Below, piece after piece: positions 1 through 9,385 of a DNA stretch of 64,000 nucleotides. The notes under the pieces were generated by a model that saw only the letters and a program-made list of their open reading frames with translations, was not told where the DNA came from and searched no databases. Positions within the stretch are counted from its first letter, which is position 1, and each line of letters opens with the position of its first letter. The stretch lies in NCBI GenBank assembly GCA_020348985.1, contig CP070761.1, positions 947,713 to 1,011,712 of the forward strand, given 5' to 3'. Source of the DNA: Candidatus Thorarchaeota archaeon (GTDB taxonomy: Archaea > Asgardarchaeota > Thorarchaeia > Thorarchaeales > Thorarchaeaceae). The position numbers and the translations under genes are program-made.

Positions 1-473
1 ATCATCATCTCCCTCGCATGTGCAACTTGGAAGTAAATGTCAGAGACCGGACTCCTGTTTAGCACGTGGTAGACGATTCTGTCAGCACACATCTTTGCAA
101 CGAGTGCTCTTCTGACTCTTTCCTGATCTTCATCTGAAAGCGATTTGTATTTGTCAAGTGAATTCTGAAGTAGAGTGAGGATGTCATCGGCGTAGGCAGA
201 GGCATTGTCTTCGACGTCCCCCCATACTGAGAGACCGACGCTAGTCTGGGCACCTTCTACTGATACCCGGACTGCCCCATCGCTTTCCGCAACCTTGGTA
301 TGGAACATCGCACTTCCTTCAAAGGTTTGACTCTCTGCCTCGCTATAATCAGTCAGCCGAACTCCTGGTTTCCGTGAAGCAGCGTACCAGGCTATCCTGA
401 AAACAACCGGCGGGTCCGGCTTGTCATACTCTAGCGTTCGGTCGACCTGGATTAGACTTTCGAGACCTTCCAT
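1..473 (-). CDS. Hypothetical protein, partial (runs off window start)
   Basis: Manual translation from ATG at 473 (MEGLESLIQVDRTLEYDKPDPPVVFRIAWY...) stays open to position 1. It starts 29 nt after the SepSecS stop and is not in the ORF track. Confidence 0.7.
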   Translation of the reverse strand, partial: MEGLESLIQVDRTLEYDKPDPPVVFRIAWYAASRKPGVRLTDYSEAESQTFEGSAMFHTKVAESDGAVRVSVEGAQTSVGLSVWGDVEDNASAYADDILTLLQNSLDKYKSLSDEDQERVRRALVAKMCADRIVYHVLNRSPVSDIYFQVAHAREMM

Positions 474-502
474 CGTCTTGCCCTCTCAGCGCTCGAAAGA
501 AA

Positions 503-1831
503 CTAGCTACTGAGTTCCTTATAGAGTTTGGCCGTGGCCCCTTCTACGTCGTTCTTTGTCACTCCGATAGCCGCATTCATGACAATGTAGCTATGAGGAT
601 AGTGGTCCACGCAGGAGCCTTTCTCACCCAGCGCAATTGCACGCGGCCCTGTGACTCTTCGGTTGAAGAGTCGGGAGCCAATTTCATGTGCATCAAGTCC
701 ATCCAAGGTCATTGCGTAGGCTACAGGGTTCGAGACAGAGAGTACGCGTTGTCCAACTGAGGATGCGATTACGTCAAGCTTCTCTCCCAACAGACCAAAG
801 TTTGACTTCTGTTCTTCTCTCATCGTCCTGTATTTCTCAAGGCCGATTAGGAGGAGTGAAGCCAATGTCTGCACAATCGGGGCTGCACTAGCCCTTCCAG
901 CATAGGTTTCCGCAATTGATGTGATGGTTGACTCCTTTGGTGATACAACAACGGATCCACCAACAGGTGTCAAGAAGTTCTTGTCAGAGCTCTGGACAAT
1001 CGCATCAACCCTTCCAGCATCGATGGAGGTCATTACCTCTCGCATAACATTCTCAGACTGTACACCGTAAGCGTTGTTCACAACTAGGGGTACATCTCGA
1101 TCTGCACAAAATCTCGCAATAGTCTTGACAGGATCCATCGCCCTCGGAGGGAAAAATGTCGTTGTGGCTAGTACTGCGTAGTTCTTCGTCCGGGACATCT
1201 TGTTCTCAAGATCGCTCATGTCAACATTCACAGAATCATCTTCAATAATGGTAGCTACTGGAATCTCATCAAGTCCAGCTAGTGCAATCCCTCTCTTCGG
1301 AGATGTATGATCAATCCTTGGATAGAGAACACAACGAATGTTCTCATCCCTTCTTAGACTAGCGAAAATGAGTCCAAGAGCCATTCCTGTGGCGAGCGGC
1401 AAAACAATCCCGTCGCGGACATTCGGAAGACCAAGCTGACGTATTGCATCCAGACTAATTCGATTTGCGAGGACTTGCATCTCGCTTGCACCTGCTGCTT
1501 TGGGCTGTGGTGCATTAAGATGTCCACTTCGTCCGATCCCATGATTGAATCCACTTGATAGACGTTCAACTAGTGGCGATGCAACTCGTCCTTCACGTTC
1601 CCCGACTCTCACTGCCTTTGGGTCTTTGTCAGAATCCATCGAAGAGAGGAACTGGAGCAGCATCTCGACCTGACTATCGGAGAATGGTTTCTCAGGAAAC
1701 CTTTTCCTGTTGAGTAGGTCCTTGATTGGTCCAAGTAATGCATCCAGAGTTGTGCCTCCACGTCGTGCGATGCTCTTGGGTATAACGTCTGAAAGTTTCT
1801 TCTTGATTTCATCGTCCAAATTGAAGTTCAA
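503..1831 (-). CDS. spcS: O-phosphoseryl-tRNA(Sec) selenium transferase (SepSecS)
   Basis: Motifs GEREGRV, HGIGRSG, PQPKAAG, PLATGM, NNAYG and the PLP-lysine motif QSSDKNFLTPVGG; 442 aa. Confidence 0.95.
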   Translation of the reverse strand: MNFNLDDEIKKKLSDVIPKSIARRGGTTLDALLGPIKDLLNRKRFPEKPFSDSQVEMLLQFLSSMDSDKDPKAVRVGEREGRVASPLVERLSSGFNHGIGRSGHLNAPQPKAAGASEMQVLANRISLDAIRQLGLPNVRDGIVLPLATGMALGLIFASLRRDENIRCVLYPRIDHTSPKRGIALAGLDEIPVATIIEDDSVNVDMSDLENKMSRTKNYAVLATTTFFPPRAMDPVKTIARFCADRDVPLVVNNAYGVQSENVMREVMTSIDAGRVDAIVQSSDKNFLTPVGGSVVVSPKESTITSIAETYAGRASAAPIVQTLASLLLIGLEKYRTMREEQKSNFGLLGEKLDVIASSVGQRVLSVSNPVAYAMTLDGLDAHEIGSRLFNRRVTGPRAIALGEKGSCVDHYPHSYIVMNAAIGVTKNDVEGATAKLYKELSS

Positions 1832-3203
1832 CCTCCTTCAAGCTAGCAAATACGACCTCTTCTCCTACAGTAATCGGGCTATCAAATGAAGCGGCTATTA
1901 CTCCACGAGTGCCAAAGGGTTTCAGGAGCAATCCGTAGGCACCGTCGCGACTCTCAACTCTTGAGCCGACAAGCATTGCAGCGCTCTTGTTTGAATGCGC
2001 CAAACCCTCAAGCAATACATCGTTCTCTCTGACTCGTGAGACCTGTCCTCGTCTCTCACTTCTAAGATGCAGTCTTACTGAATCCGGAACTTCAGCCACT
2101 TGCCCAGAGGCCACAATCCGCATGTTTGTAGGAGGAAGGTCTGTACGAAGCAGCAAGACCTTCATACCTTTCTCGACAGCGACCTTTCTCTGGAGGAGAA
2201 GAGCTGCTGAGAACTCCGATTCAGTTGTCAATTCAGAGATGACTGCTTTGCCATCATCAATTGCAAACGGAACCAACTCCGCGGTTAAGGTGGGCATTCC
2301 TACCGTGGCGCTCACGTTCATTCGATAGGTGATCCGCCCGCGATACAGAGGATTCAGCTTGAGGTCAGCTATGATTCCTGAGGTGTTTTGTAACTGACCA
2401 TTCACACAGACATAATCTCCGCGACTAACTAATTTCGAATCGATCTCTGGAACGTTAATTCCGATTCGATCGCCCGCCTTGGCTTCTTCTCTGCTTGTGC
2501 CGTACGTCTGGATTGCTCGCAATCTGGCGGTAGTGCCTTGGGGAAGAATTTGTACAGTATCTCCCACAGAAATCCTGCCTCTTAGAACGGTCCCAGTCAG
2601 AACAGTTCCATGTCCTCTCACGTTGAAAGAATGGTCAACTGGCATGAGAAAGAGTGCCTCTGTGTTGCGTACTATGGGGCGAATTACATCGAGAAGGGTG
2701 GCTCGAAGCTCTTCGATTCCCTTTGATTCTGCCGCTGAAACACCTACATACTTGACGGTCTTGAAGCCGACCCCATCGATAATACCTTCTACTTGTGCTT
2801 TTACTGCGTCCAGACGGTCTGAGTCAACTAGGTCAGTCTTCGCAATGACCACAACAACAGTCTCGATGCCCATTGCCCTAAGCACCACGATATGCTCACC
2901 AGTCTGGACCTGAGGACCCTGATCAGCTGCAACAACTAGAATGGCAGCGTCGATGATTCCCGCTGATGCCACCACACTCCGAATCAGATCAGCATGTCCA
3001 GGAGCATCGACTAGGGTCACAAGATATTCTTCTAGCACGAACATAGTGAATCCAAGATCAATAGTGATGCCTCTCTCCTTAGCTTGCGGATGTTTGTCAA
3101 GGCCGGCAGTTGACACCTTTTCACTCAACACTCGAGCTAGTTCGGTCTTACCATGATCAATGTGGCCCATCAGACCTATGTGAACAGGAATTAGGTCTTG
3201 CAT
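1809..3203 (-). CDS. selB: Selenocysteine-specific elongation factor (archaeal SelB)
   Basis: GHIDHGKT, ERGITIDLGF, LVDAPGHADLI, QTGEH; archaeal/eukaryal domain IV motif PFGTRG; overlaps SepSecS. Confidence 0.93.
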   Translation of the reverse strand: MQDLIPVHIGLMGHIDHGKTELARVLSEKVSTAGLDKHPQAKERGITIDLGFTMFVLEEYLVTLVDAPGHADLIRSVVASAGIIDAAILVVAADQGPQVQTGEHIVVLRAMGIETVVVVIAKTDLVDSDRLDAVKAQVEGIIDGVGFKTVKYVGVSAAESKGIEELRATLLDVIRPIVRNTEALFLMPVDHSFNVRGHGTVLTGTVLRGRISVGDTVQILPQGTTARLRAIQTYGTSREEAKAGDRIGINVPEIDSKLVSRGDYVCVNGQLQNTSGIIADLKLNPLYRGRITYRMNVSATVGMPTLTAELVPFAIDDGKAVISELTTESEFSAALLLQRKVAVEKGMKVLLLRTDLPPTNMRIVASGQVAEVPDSVRLHLRSERRGQVSRVRENDVLLEGLAHSNKSAAMLVGSRVESRDGAYGLLLKPFGTRGVIAASFDSPITVGEEVVFASLKEVELQFGR

Positions 3204-3299
3204 GTCAACTCAGTGTGCCATTCTCATACTCTTCTCGGATAAAACCTTGGTCTATGGTATGGAGTGTGGTTTATTGGGAACGTTACAGAACCTGTGGAT

Positions 3300-3710
3300 A
3301 TGGTATCAAGGTCTCTAGAGAAGATGATGCTTATTGCCATTGGCCTGACCACCGCGGTTGTGGTTGGTGTGCCGGTTGTCCTATTCGCAATGGACACAAT
3401 CGGAAGAACACTAGGAACCGAGGCCGCAGACGCATTCGCGAAAGTCGTCTATAACCAAACAGCACTTGTTGATGAGGGACATATCAGCCAATCTGCCGTG
3501 GAAGTCGATGTTCCAGCTGATGTGGTAGTTTCTGCACACGCATCTGAGCTGACAATCTCTTTCATGCAGGAAGAAACAGTAGTGGCGAGTTGGTCAGAGA
3601 CCTACATACATGACATAGAATTGGTCAGCCCACACGGACCCGGAGTCTATCATCTTACCATAGAGATAGTAGAGGATGTCTTGGAGATTGCATTTATAGC
3701 TGTTACTTAG
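3300..3710 (+). CDS. Hypothetical protein with N-terminal hydrophobic helix (possibly pilin-like)
   Basis: MVSRSLEKMMLIAIGLTTAVVVGVPVVLF is followed by a beta-rich acidic domain. Confidence 0.6.
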   Translation: MVSRSLEKMMLIAIGLTTAVVVGVPVVLFAMDTIGRTLGTEAADAFAKVVYNQTALVDEGHISQSAVEVDVPADVVVSAHASELTISFMQEETVVASWSETYIHDIELVSPHGPGVYHLTIEIVEDVLEIAFIAVT

Positions 3711-3753
3711 TTCTGCTGTTGTAGAATGACGGATACGCTACGCAACGTTTTTA

Positions 3754-4848
3754 ATGGCATCTCTGACTTTCGGCCTCCACAACGTCACTGACGAGGTCCG
3801 CAAAATGGGTGAGGATACAGAGACTCCTGCTGCCGAAGAAGAGGAGGAGGAAATGCCTGACTCAGAGGAGGATGTTGAATCCATAGAGACCCCCACCGAA
3901 GACGCTCGAAGATTCAATATCAAGGGCCTTCTAATTAACATCCGGATGTTTCGAAGGATCGTTCAGGTCCTGTTCATTCTTTTCATCAACGCCTACATCT
4001 TCGGAGCATGGTTTGGTCAAGAGCAGATCACAGCATTCTGGACCGAGTTCGCAAAGATACTACCTACTCTGCCTATAATCGCTCCACTTGAGGCCCCATT
4101 GGCGGTCATTGCAGGTTCTTTCGACACGCTCAACCGAGAGCTGACGTCTGGATTCTTCCCGTTCTTCACGCTCGGTGCGATGGTCATAATACTGACAATA
4201 CTAGGCCGAGTCGGATGTGGATGGGTGTGTCCCGTTGGAACCTTCCAAGACTTTGCGACTCTTCCAAAGCGCAACAAATCACGACCGGCACCGGGAACCG
4301 AGAAGGAGCTAAGGCGTGTAAAACTCTACATCTTCGTCATTACGATGTTCATGTCAGCTTGGGTAGCGGTCAGTACGGTTTTGGGCACTGATGAGTCTAT
4401 ACGGAACGCCCTTGGAATATTCGCGGATTCTGGATTCAATCCACTGAATCCGGCTTACATAATATTCTATGAATTCCTTCAGTGGAATTGGCCTTTCAGT
4501 ATTGATACTCTCTGGTACTTCTCAACGTGGGGAACTGTATTCTGGCTTCAGATCGTGTTTGTAGCACTAGTACTGGCAATTTCTTATTGGTACCCAAGAT
4601 GGTTCTGCCGTTGGCTTTGTCCGGCAGGGTGGCTATACGGATTCTTCTCAAGAGATGCGCTTGTCGGCATCGGTCGAAATCCAGCCAGGTGCACTCCCGA
4701 CACTTGCAGCAAATGTGAAGAAGTCTGCCCTATGAATATCAGAATCAGAAGATTCCCCTATCAGCATATGTACAGCCCTGATTGCATAATGTGCCTGGAT
4801 TGCAAGAGCCATTGTCCAAACGGTGCCATCGAGATACGATTCTCATAA
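3754..4848 (+). CDS. Membrane 4Fe-4S binding protein (NapH/MauN-type)
   Basis: Two CxWxCP motifs (CGWVCP, CRWLCP), several TM helices, and a C-terminal ferredoxin pair (CSKCEEVCP, CIMCLDCKSHCP). Confidence 0.85.
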   Translation: MASLTFGLHNVTDEVRKMGEDTETPAAEEEEEEMPDSEEDVESIETPTEDARRFNIKGLLINIRMFRRIVQVLFILFINAYIFGAWFGQEQITAFWTEFAKILPTLPIIAPLEAPLAVIAGSFDTLNRELTSGFFPFFTLGAMVIILTILGRVGCGWVCPVGTFQDFATLPKRNKSRPAPGTEKELRRVKLYIFVITMFMSAWVAVSTVLGTDESIRNALGIFADSGFNPLNPAYIIFYEFLQWNWPFSIDTLWYFSTWGTVFWLQIVFVALVLAISYWYPRWFCRWLCPAGWLYGFFSRDALVGIGRNPARCTPDTCSKCEEVCPMNIRIRRFPYQHMYSPDCIMCLDCKSHCPNGAIEIRFS

Positions 4849-4854
4849 AACGGG

Positions 4855-5223
4855 TCAGCGGGACTCTTGAACGACTCTCTCAAAGTCATTCTGCACTTTA
4901 GAGTAGAGCTCCATTAGCTTGATACCGAGGACGGTGACAACGGCCCCTCCACCCCCGATTGCACCACCCTTGCGCGTATCAAGGAGTCGTTCACCAAGCT
5001 TCTCTTCGATTCCGCGTACAACACCCCAAGCGTATCGATACGACATCCCTAGTGCTTTGGCACCTTCCGTGATAGTGCCGGCCTTCTGAATGCTCTTCAG
5101 AATGGCAAAGGCGCCGGGTCCAAAGACATACTCATTCTTGTACTCCAACCAGAGCTTCCAGTTAGGTCTAAACTTCTCCTTGTACATCCTTGCGCCACTC
5201 ATTATGTCATCCCCCACGAGCAA
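4855..5223 (-). CDS. ModE-like winged-helix transcriptional regulator
   Basis: FGPG...GTITEGAKALGMSYRYAW...GGAIGGGGAVVT. Confidence 0.88.
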   Translation of the reverse strand: MLVGDDIMSGARMYKEKFRPNWKLWLEYKNEYVFGPGAFAILKSIQKAGTITEGAKALGMSYRYAWGVVRGIEEKLGERLLDTRKGGAIGGGGAVVTVLGIKLMELYSKVQNDFERVVQESR

Positions 5224-5262
5224 GCGTTTGACAAGAGGGGCAGCTAGGCGGCGTTGATCGGA

Positions 5263-5517
5263 CTAGGGCCCCCAGCGCATCCGTTCTGCCTTCGTGTCTT
5301 TCTTGAAGACCTTCTTGACTTTCTTCCAATGTTCCTGACAAAGATACTCCTTCCTAGATCTAGAGTCCTTGATTCTTAGACCGGATTTGGCGATGCTCTC
5401 TGATATTCTAACAGTCGCCATGGCTTTCTTGGACGGGTTCTCACAACCCACAATACTGCAGGTCTTCTTGCTCTCCGTGGACAATTCACACACTTCGCCT
5501 GTTGAGCTTGATGACAC
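5263..5517 (-). CDS. Small zinc-finger hypothetical protein
   Basis: CSIVGC...LCQEH pattern; basic C-terminus. The start codon is uncertain. Confidence 0.65.
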   Translation of the reverse strand: MSSSSTGEVCELSTESKKTCSIVGCENPSKKAMATVRISESIAKSGLRIKDSRSRKEYLCQEHWKKVKKVFKKDTKAERMRWGP

Positions 5518-5538
5518 ATTATAACATTGACGGCCAGA

Positions 5539-6537
5539 CTAAAACTCATTCTTGCTGCGTGGGGTCAACACAGGTCCTCTTGAGAAGTCGAACATAACTC
5601 GCTCTTCGCGGCCCATTCTTAGTCGCAGCGAAGGGGCCTCATCTATGGTGCCAATGACACACATCTTCATCTGATAATCGGACACTAACTGAGAGACTTC
5701 ACCGAGGGAGTCTTCTGGAACCGCCAACAAGAATCCCAGGGAAATGAACATTCTGAGCCAATCCTCGAGTGAGATCTCAGAAGGACATGATTCCCTCACG
5801 GCATCCAGATCCACTACTCCACCCTTTCCAGAGTATTCGACAAGCATTCCCGCTGTGCCGATCATTCCTGCGACAGAAACATCTTTGGCGGCATTCAGAA
5901 GGTGTCTACACGCCAGGATCTCCATTATTGATAGCCTAGAGACGACATCATCCTCACTTCTGTCTGTGACCGAGTCCCATCCAAGTTTGTAACTACTTCC
6001 ACGGTGGCCTACCCTGTCAAAAATCAGAACTAGCCTATCACCAGTCACTGCACCTCCAGCAGTAAGCATGTCGTCCTTCTTCACCGTACCAGTAGCAGAA
6101 CCCACAACATAGGTCGAATTGGCCCACGGATTTGTATGGCCGCGGACAATCGGAACTCTGAACTTGTTCGAGCCTTCAATAAGGCCATCCAATAGCTCCT
6201 CACCAACTGCTTCATCAGAATAGGAGAGCGCAACAGCGAATGAGGTAGGAACTCCTCCAGCTGCGTAGATGTCCATTACACTTGCAAGAACAACGTTGAA
6301 ACCTGCGGCCTTTGGATGATTCAAGCATAGCTCCTCGATGATTGCATCAGTCGTGAGCAAAATGACTTCGTCAGAGTTGGTACGAATGGCAGCGGAGTCT
6401 TCACCCAGCGAGTGCGGCTGATCCCCTTGATATGATGATAGCCGAAGCTTGCTAATGATTTGAGGTAATACGAACTTCCTTGTGATGCCTTCATAGCTGT
6501 GCAATAGGCGAACAATTTCATCAAGTGAGCTCATCAA
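5539..6537 (-). CDS. AIR synthase/PurM-fold protein (selenophosphate synthetase-related, methanogenesis marker 2-like)
   Basis: YEGITRK, GEDSAAI, DIYAAGGVP, RGHTNP, AKDVSVAGMIGT. No SelD N-terminal C/U-x-x-K motif. Confidence 0.8.
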   Translation of the reverse strand: MMSSLDEIVRLLHSYEGITRKFVLPQIISKLRLSSYQGDQPHSLGEDSAAIRTNSDEVILLTTDAIIEELCLNHPKAAGFNVVLASVMDIYAAGGVPTSFAVALSYSDEAVGEELLDGLIEGSNKFRVPIVRGHTNPWANSTYVVGSATGTVKKDDMLTAGGAVTGDRLVLIFDRVGHRGSSYKLGWDSVTDRSEDDVVSRLSIMEILACRHLLNAAKDVSVAGMIGTAGMLVEYSGKGGVVDLDAVRESCPSEISLEDWLRMFISLGFLLAVPEDSLGEVSQLVSDYQMKMCVIGTIDEAPSLRLRMGREERVMFDFSRGPVLTPRSKNEF

Positions 6538-6563
6538 CGATTACCTGACTACAGAATATGAGG

Positions 6564-6689
6564 CTAAGGCGGACCCAGGAAACCAAGAGCAAAGGCGGCC
6601 TGACCCAGTATGACACCTATGCCTAGGAGTGACATTCCCACCATGAAATAGATGAGTGCTTTCATCTCTGGGCGGATTTCTTCCAGCAA
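6564..6689 (-). CDS. Putative 41-aa single-pass membrane microprotein
   Basis: TTG-start ORF MLEEIRPEMKALIYFMVGMSLLGIGVILGQAAFALGFLGPP with AAGGTG upstream; fills a 240-bp gap. Confidence 0.5.
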   Translation of the reverse strand: MLEEIRPEMKALIYFMVGMSLLGIGVILGQAAFALGFLGPP

Positions 6690-6778
6690 TTGTACACACC
6701 TTGCCTATCTCCGAATCCTGCGCGTCATGCTTATAGACGTTACGGGATGGACCCGCGTGCTACAGGGCTTCCGAGCTA

Positions 6779-7564
6779 CTATGATTGAACATTCTCAAGA
6801 ATCTGAACTAGTTGAAGCTCACTCTCAGAGAGGATTCCTATTGACCTCATGAGATTCGCCCTAGATTGATCGTAGGCTGACATAGCTAGGTCGCCGATTC
6901 GATGCTTTGCATCGAGACGATCCTTGTCACGAAGAAACCGCTTACGGGCATCTTGGACACCCTTCAACCACTTCTTGACGAGATTGGTTGATCGTTTCAG
7001 GTCTCCCTTCAGTTTCTTGAGTGACTTCTTTGTCTCCTTTTTCTCTTCTTGTGTGTCCTTGGGATCCTTCGATTCTCTTATGTTATCCAGTCTCTCCATC
7101 TCTGCTTCTTGTTGACTAAGTAAGCGTAGGAGTTCTTCAATCCACAATTCTCCTTTGAAGGAGCCAAGCACTTTCTTTCTCGCTTTGATATCCTCGAAGA
7201 GAAGACTGAGCTTCTCCGCCCTGGCAGCAAGCTGTTTCTTGTCAGACCGCTCAAGACGTAGAGCTTGTCTAGTTGCTTGTATCTGCTCAATCAGCCTCTC
7301 GAGCTCTCGATTCAGGACCACAATCTCAGCCCTCGCGAATAGAATCAACGATGAACGCTCGTCAATTGACTCAACCCTGAGACCGAAAATGTCATCGACC
7401 TGACCCGGATAGGATTGAAATGTTACTTCATCTTCGATTTCAGCAGTCGGAATGTCAGTCGAAACTTCTTCAGATGGAAATAGTCGTTCTCCGCATTCTC
7501 CACAGAATCTTGTATCTACTACTTCAGAGCCGCAAGATGGACATACAACCAGATTTTCGTCCAT
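6779..7564 (-). CDS. Zinc-ribbon plus long coiled-coil protein
   Basis: CPSCG...FCGECG N-terminus followed by a heptad-rich helical region. Confidence 0.75.
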   Translation of the reverse strand: MDENLVVCPSCGSEVVDTRFCGECGERLFPSEEVSTDIPTAEIEDEVTFQSYPGQVDDIFGLRVESIDERSSLILFARAEIVVLNRELERLIEQIQATRQALRLERSDKKQLAARAEKLSLLFEDIKARKKVLGSFKGELWIEELLRLLSQQEAEMERLDNIRESKDPKDTQEEKKETKKSLKKLKGDLKRSTNLVKKWLKGVQDARKRFLRDKDRLDAKHRIGDLAMSAYDQSRANLMRSIGILSESELQLVQILENVQS

Positions 7565-7635
7565 AATCCTAGGCCTTCCTGGATCTTCTCTGGACTGTTC
7601 GGACTACTGCACATCAATCTTTCTGGAAAATCAAC

Positions 7636-7953
7636 TCAAGTGAGCTGGGCCAACCGGGCGGCCGCTTCATCGAGCTTCCCCTTGGAAGTGACGATTGTGT
7701 CTGCGCCGTAATCGGGAAGGACCTTGAGCTCTTCGACAAGAAGGGCAATGGCCTTAATTGGATCAATCTCCTTCTTGTCAATTGAACCGTCCGGAAATGT
7801 AATGGAAGCCTCAATCCACTTCTCCTTGGTTTCGTCTACTGGAAACAGACAGTAGATGTAATCATCGTTGCCGCAAATGAAAGATGGGGTATGCTCCCAA
7901 GCCTGCGCAAGAAGTGCTCCGAAGGCCTTTGCGTTTTCAGCCTTGTCTGCCAT
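7636..7953 (-). CDS. Hypothetical protein
   Basis: 105-aa ATG ORF with protein-like composition, co-directional with its neighbours. Confidence 0.7.
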   Translation of the reverse strand: MADKAENAKAFGALLAQAWEHTPSFICGNDDYIYCLFPVDETKEKWIEASITFPDGSIDKKEIDPIKAIALLVEELKVLPDYGADTIVTSKGKLDEAAARLAQLT

Positions 7954-8043
7954 GTGAGGTTCCCTCGTGATTGCTCAACCAGAAGCACTCCACCTTATGA
8001 CCTTTTTTGCTGTCACCCAAGTCAAGCATTCCAAAGTTGAATG

Positions 8044-8616
8044 TTAAGGTCGATGCCAGACAAAAGAGTAGTATGCAATCTTGCCATTCTTCTTGACTGT
8101 GGCAATCATGAATTCCTTACGAACGCTGGTTGCAAGACGTCCTGCTCTTACAATATCTAACGGTACAACTCCGTCTCTTTGAGGAATAACATGGACAAGA
8201 AAAGGCGCGTGATCCCTTCCAGGACCTCGCTCGTAAACTGCAAAATCCGTGCCGAACTTCAGACCTGGACGTACCACGTATCCACGTTCCCGTAACTCAG
8301 AATAGACAAGGAGTCGTTCTTTAAAACTGTCAGACCTTTCAAGTCCTATACTTACGATCTCTTCCTCTGTGAGAGTTCTCTTTCTCTTCCTCTTTGGATC
8401 GTTTACTACTAGTCGTCCTTTTCTAGTCAGAAACGCGCACTCAAGAAGAGAAAGCTCCAATGGTTTGTCGAATTCGTGTGATTTTGGCTTCCTTATGCCG
8501 ACGGGTTGTCCAAAATAGCCGTCACGGTACAATAGCATCCCTTCTTCGGGATTCCAGACTATCGCGCGATCGTCTACAATCTCTGCTATTGCCACATTCA
8601 CAGAATCATTGGACAA
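8044..8616 (-). CDS. endA: tRNA-intron lyase (splicing endonuclease) catalytic subunit
   Basis: LELSLLE, LRERGYVVRPGLKFGTDFAVYERGPGRDHAPF, RLATSVRK (Y-H-K triad). Confidence 0.93.
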   Translation of the reverse strand: MSNDSVNVAIAEIVDDRAIVWNPEEGMLLYRDGYFGQPVGIRKPKSHEFDKPLELSLLECAFLTRKGRLVVNDPKRKRKRTLTEEEIVSIGLERSDSFKERLLVYSELRERGYVVRPGLKFGTDFAVYERGPGRDHAPFLVHVIPQRDGVVPLDIVRAGRLATSVRKEFMIATVKKNGKIAYYSFVWHRP

Positions 8617-8638
8617 TGACGTACACCAGCTTGCCGAA

Positions 8639-9334
8639 TCATGTGTTCAACGTAAGAGAGAGGCCGCGAATTGTTATAGCCGCATCTTCGCTGAGATTCG
8701 ATACTTCCTCAAGAGTGTTGACGAAATCACTGCAACGAAGTACATTAGCGATGTCTGCTCCAGAGGAATAGACTAGTCTGAGCACTTCTCTCTGAACAAT
8801 GTCAATCTTCTTCTCAATTCTACATATCTCATCTGCATGCTTGAGAGAGGTTTCAAGGTTTATCGAGAGAAAACGGACTGCCTCACGCTGAGTGGTTACT
8901 ATTGAGAGAACCAAATCACCCATCTTCTGGAGACTTCCCTTCAAATCTCCATCTGGTTGCCAATTCCTTGAGAGTTCAGCTAGGTGATAACAGGCAATCT
9001 CGGAACCATCAATGAGTTTGTCATTATAATGAACGAGTCGCAGCAAGTCTTCACGCTGCATCAGGGAGTTTGCCTTAGCGAGCTCGTTGAGAATCGCACG
9101 CTTGACTTCATCGCCTTTCTCTTCTAGGTCGGTTATTTTCCTGAGATCCTCGTCACTGACATGCACTTCGTTGCCTAGCCATTCAGTGATGGCATTTGCT
9201 ACGATTCTATTAGACGATAGGGCAATTCGGAAGTGCTCTTCTATCATCTGTGTTACGTTGGCCAATTCTTGGGTCAAGAATCTCTTGCTATCGAGGACCA
9301 TATGAAATACCCCGGCTTCGAGCTTGGGGAGCAT
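8639..9334 (-). CDS. DUF47/PhoU-like phosphate transport regulator
   Basis: Duplicated helical repeat with LEEKGDEVKR, REDLLRL, IEKKID and EDAA. Confidence 0.82.
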   Translation of the reverse strand: MLPKLEAGVFHMVLDSKRFLTQELANVTQMIEEHFRIALSSNRIVANAITEWLGNEVHVSDEDLRKITDLEEKGDEVKRAILNELAKANSLMQREDLLRLVHYNDKLIDGSEIACYHLAELSRNWQPDGDLKGSLQKMGDLVLSIVTTQREAVRFLSINLETSLKHADEICRIEKKIDIVQREVLRLVYSSGADIANVLRCSDFVNTLEEVSNLSEDAAITIRGLSLTLNT

Positions 9335-9385
9335 TTGGGGACAGTTTTAAATCTTGGGGACTTAGTGCCGCTATAGAGGTGTCTG

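Noticed and set aside
5539-6537. selD
   Set aside because: No Cys/Sec-x-x-Lys catalytic motif near the N-terminus; the motifs fit the SelD-related family instead.
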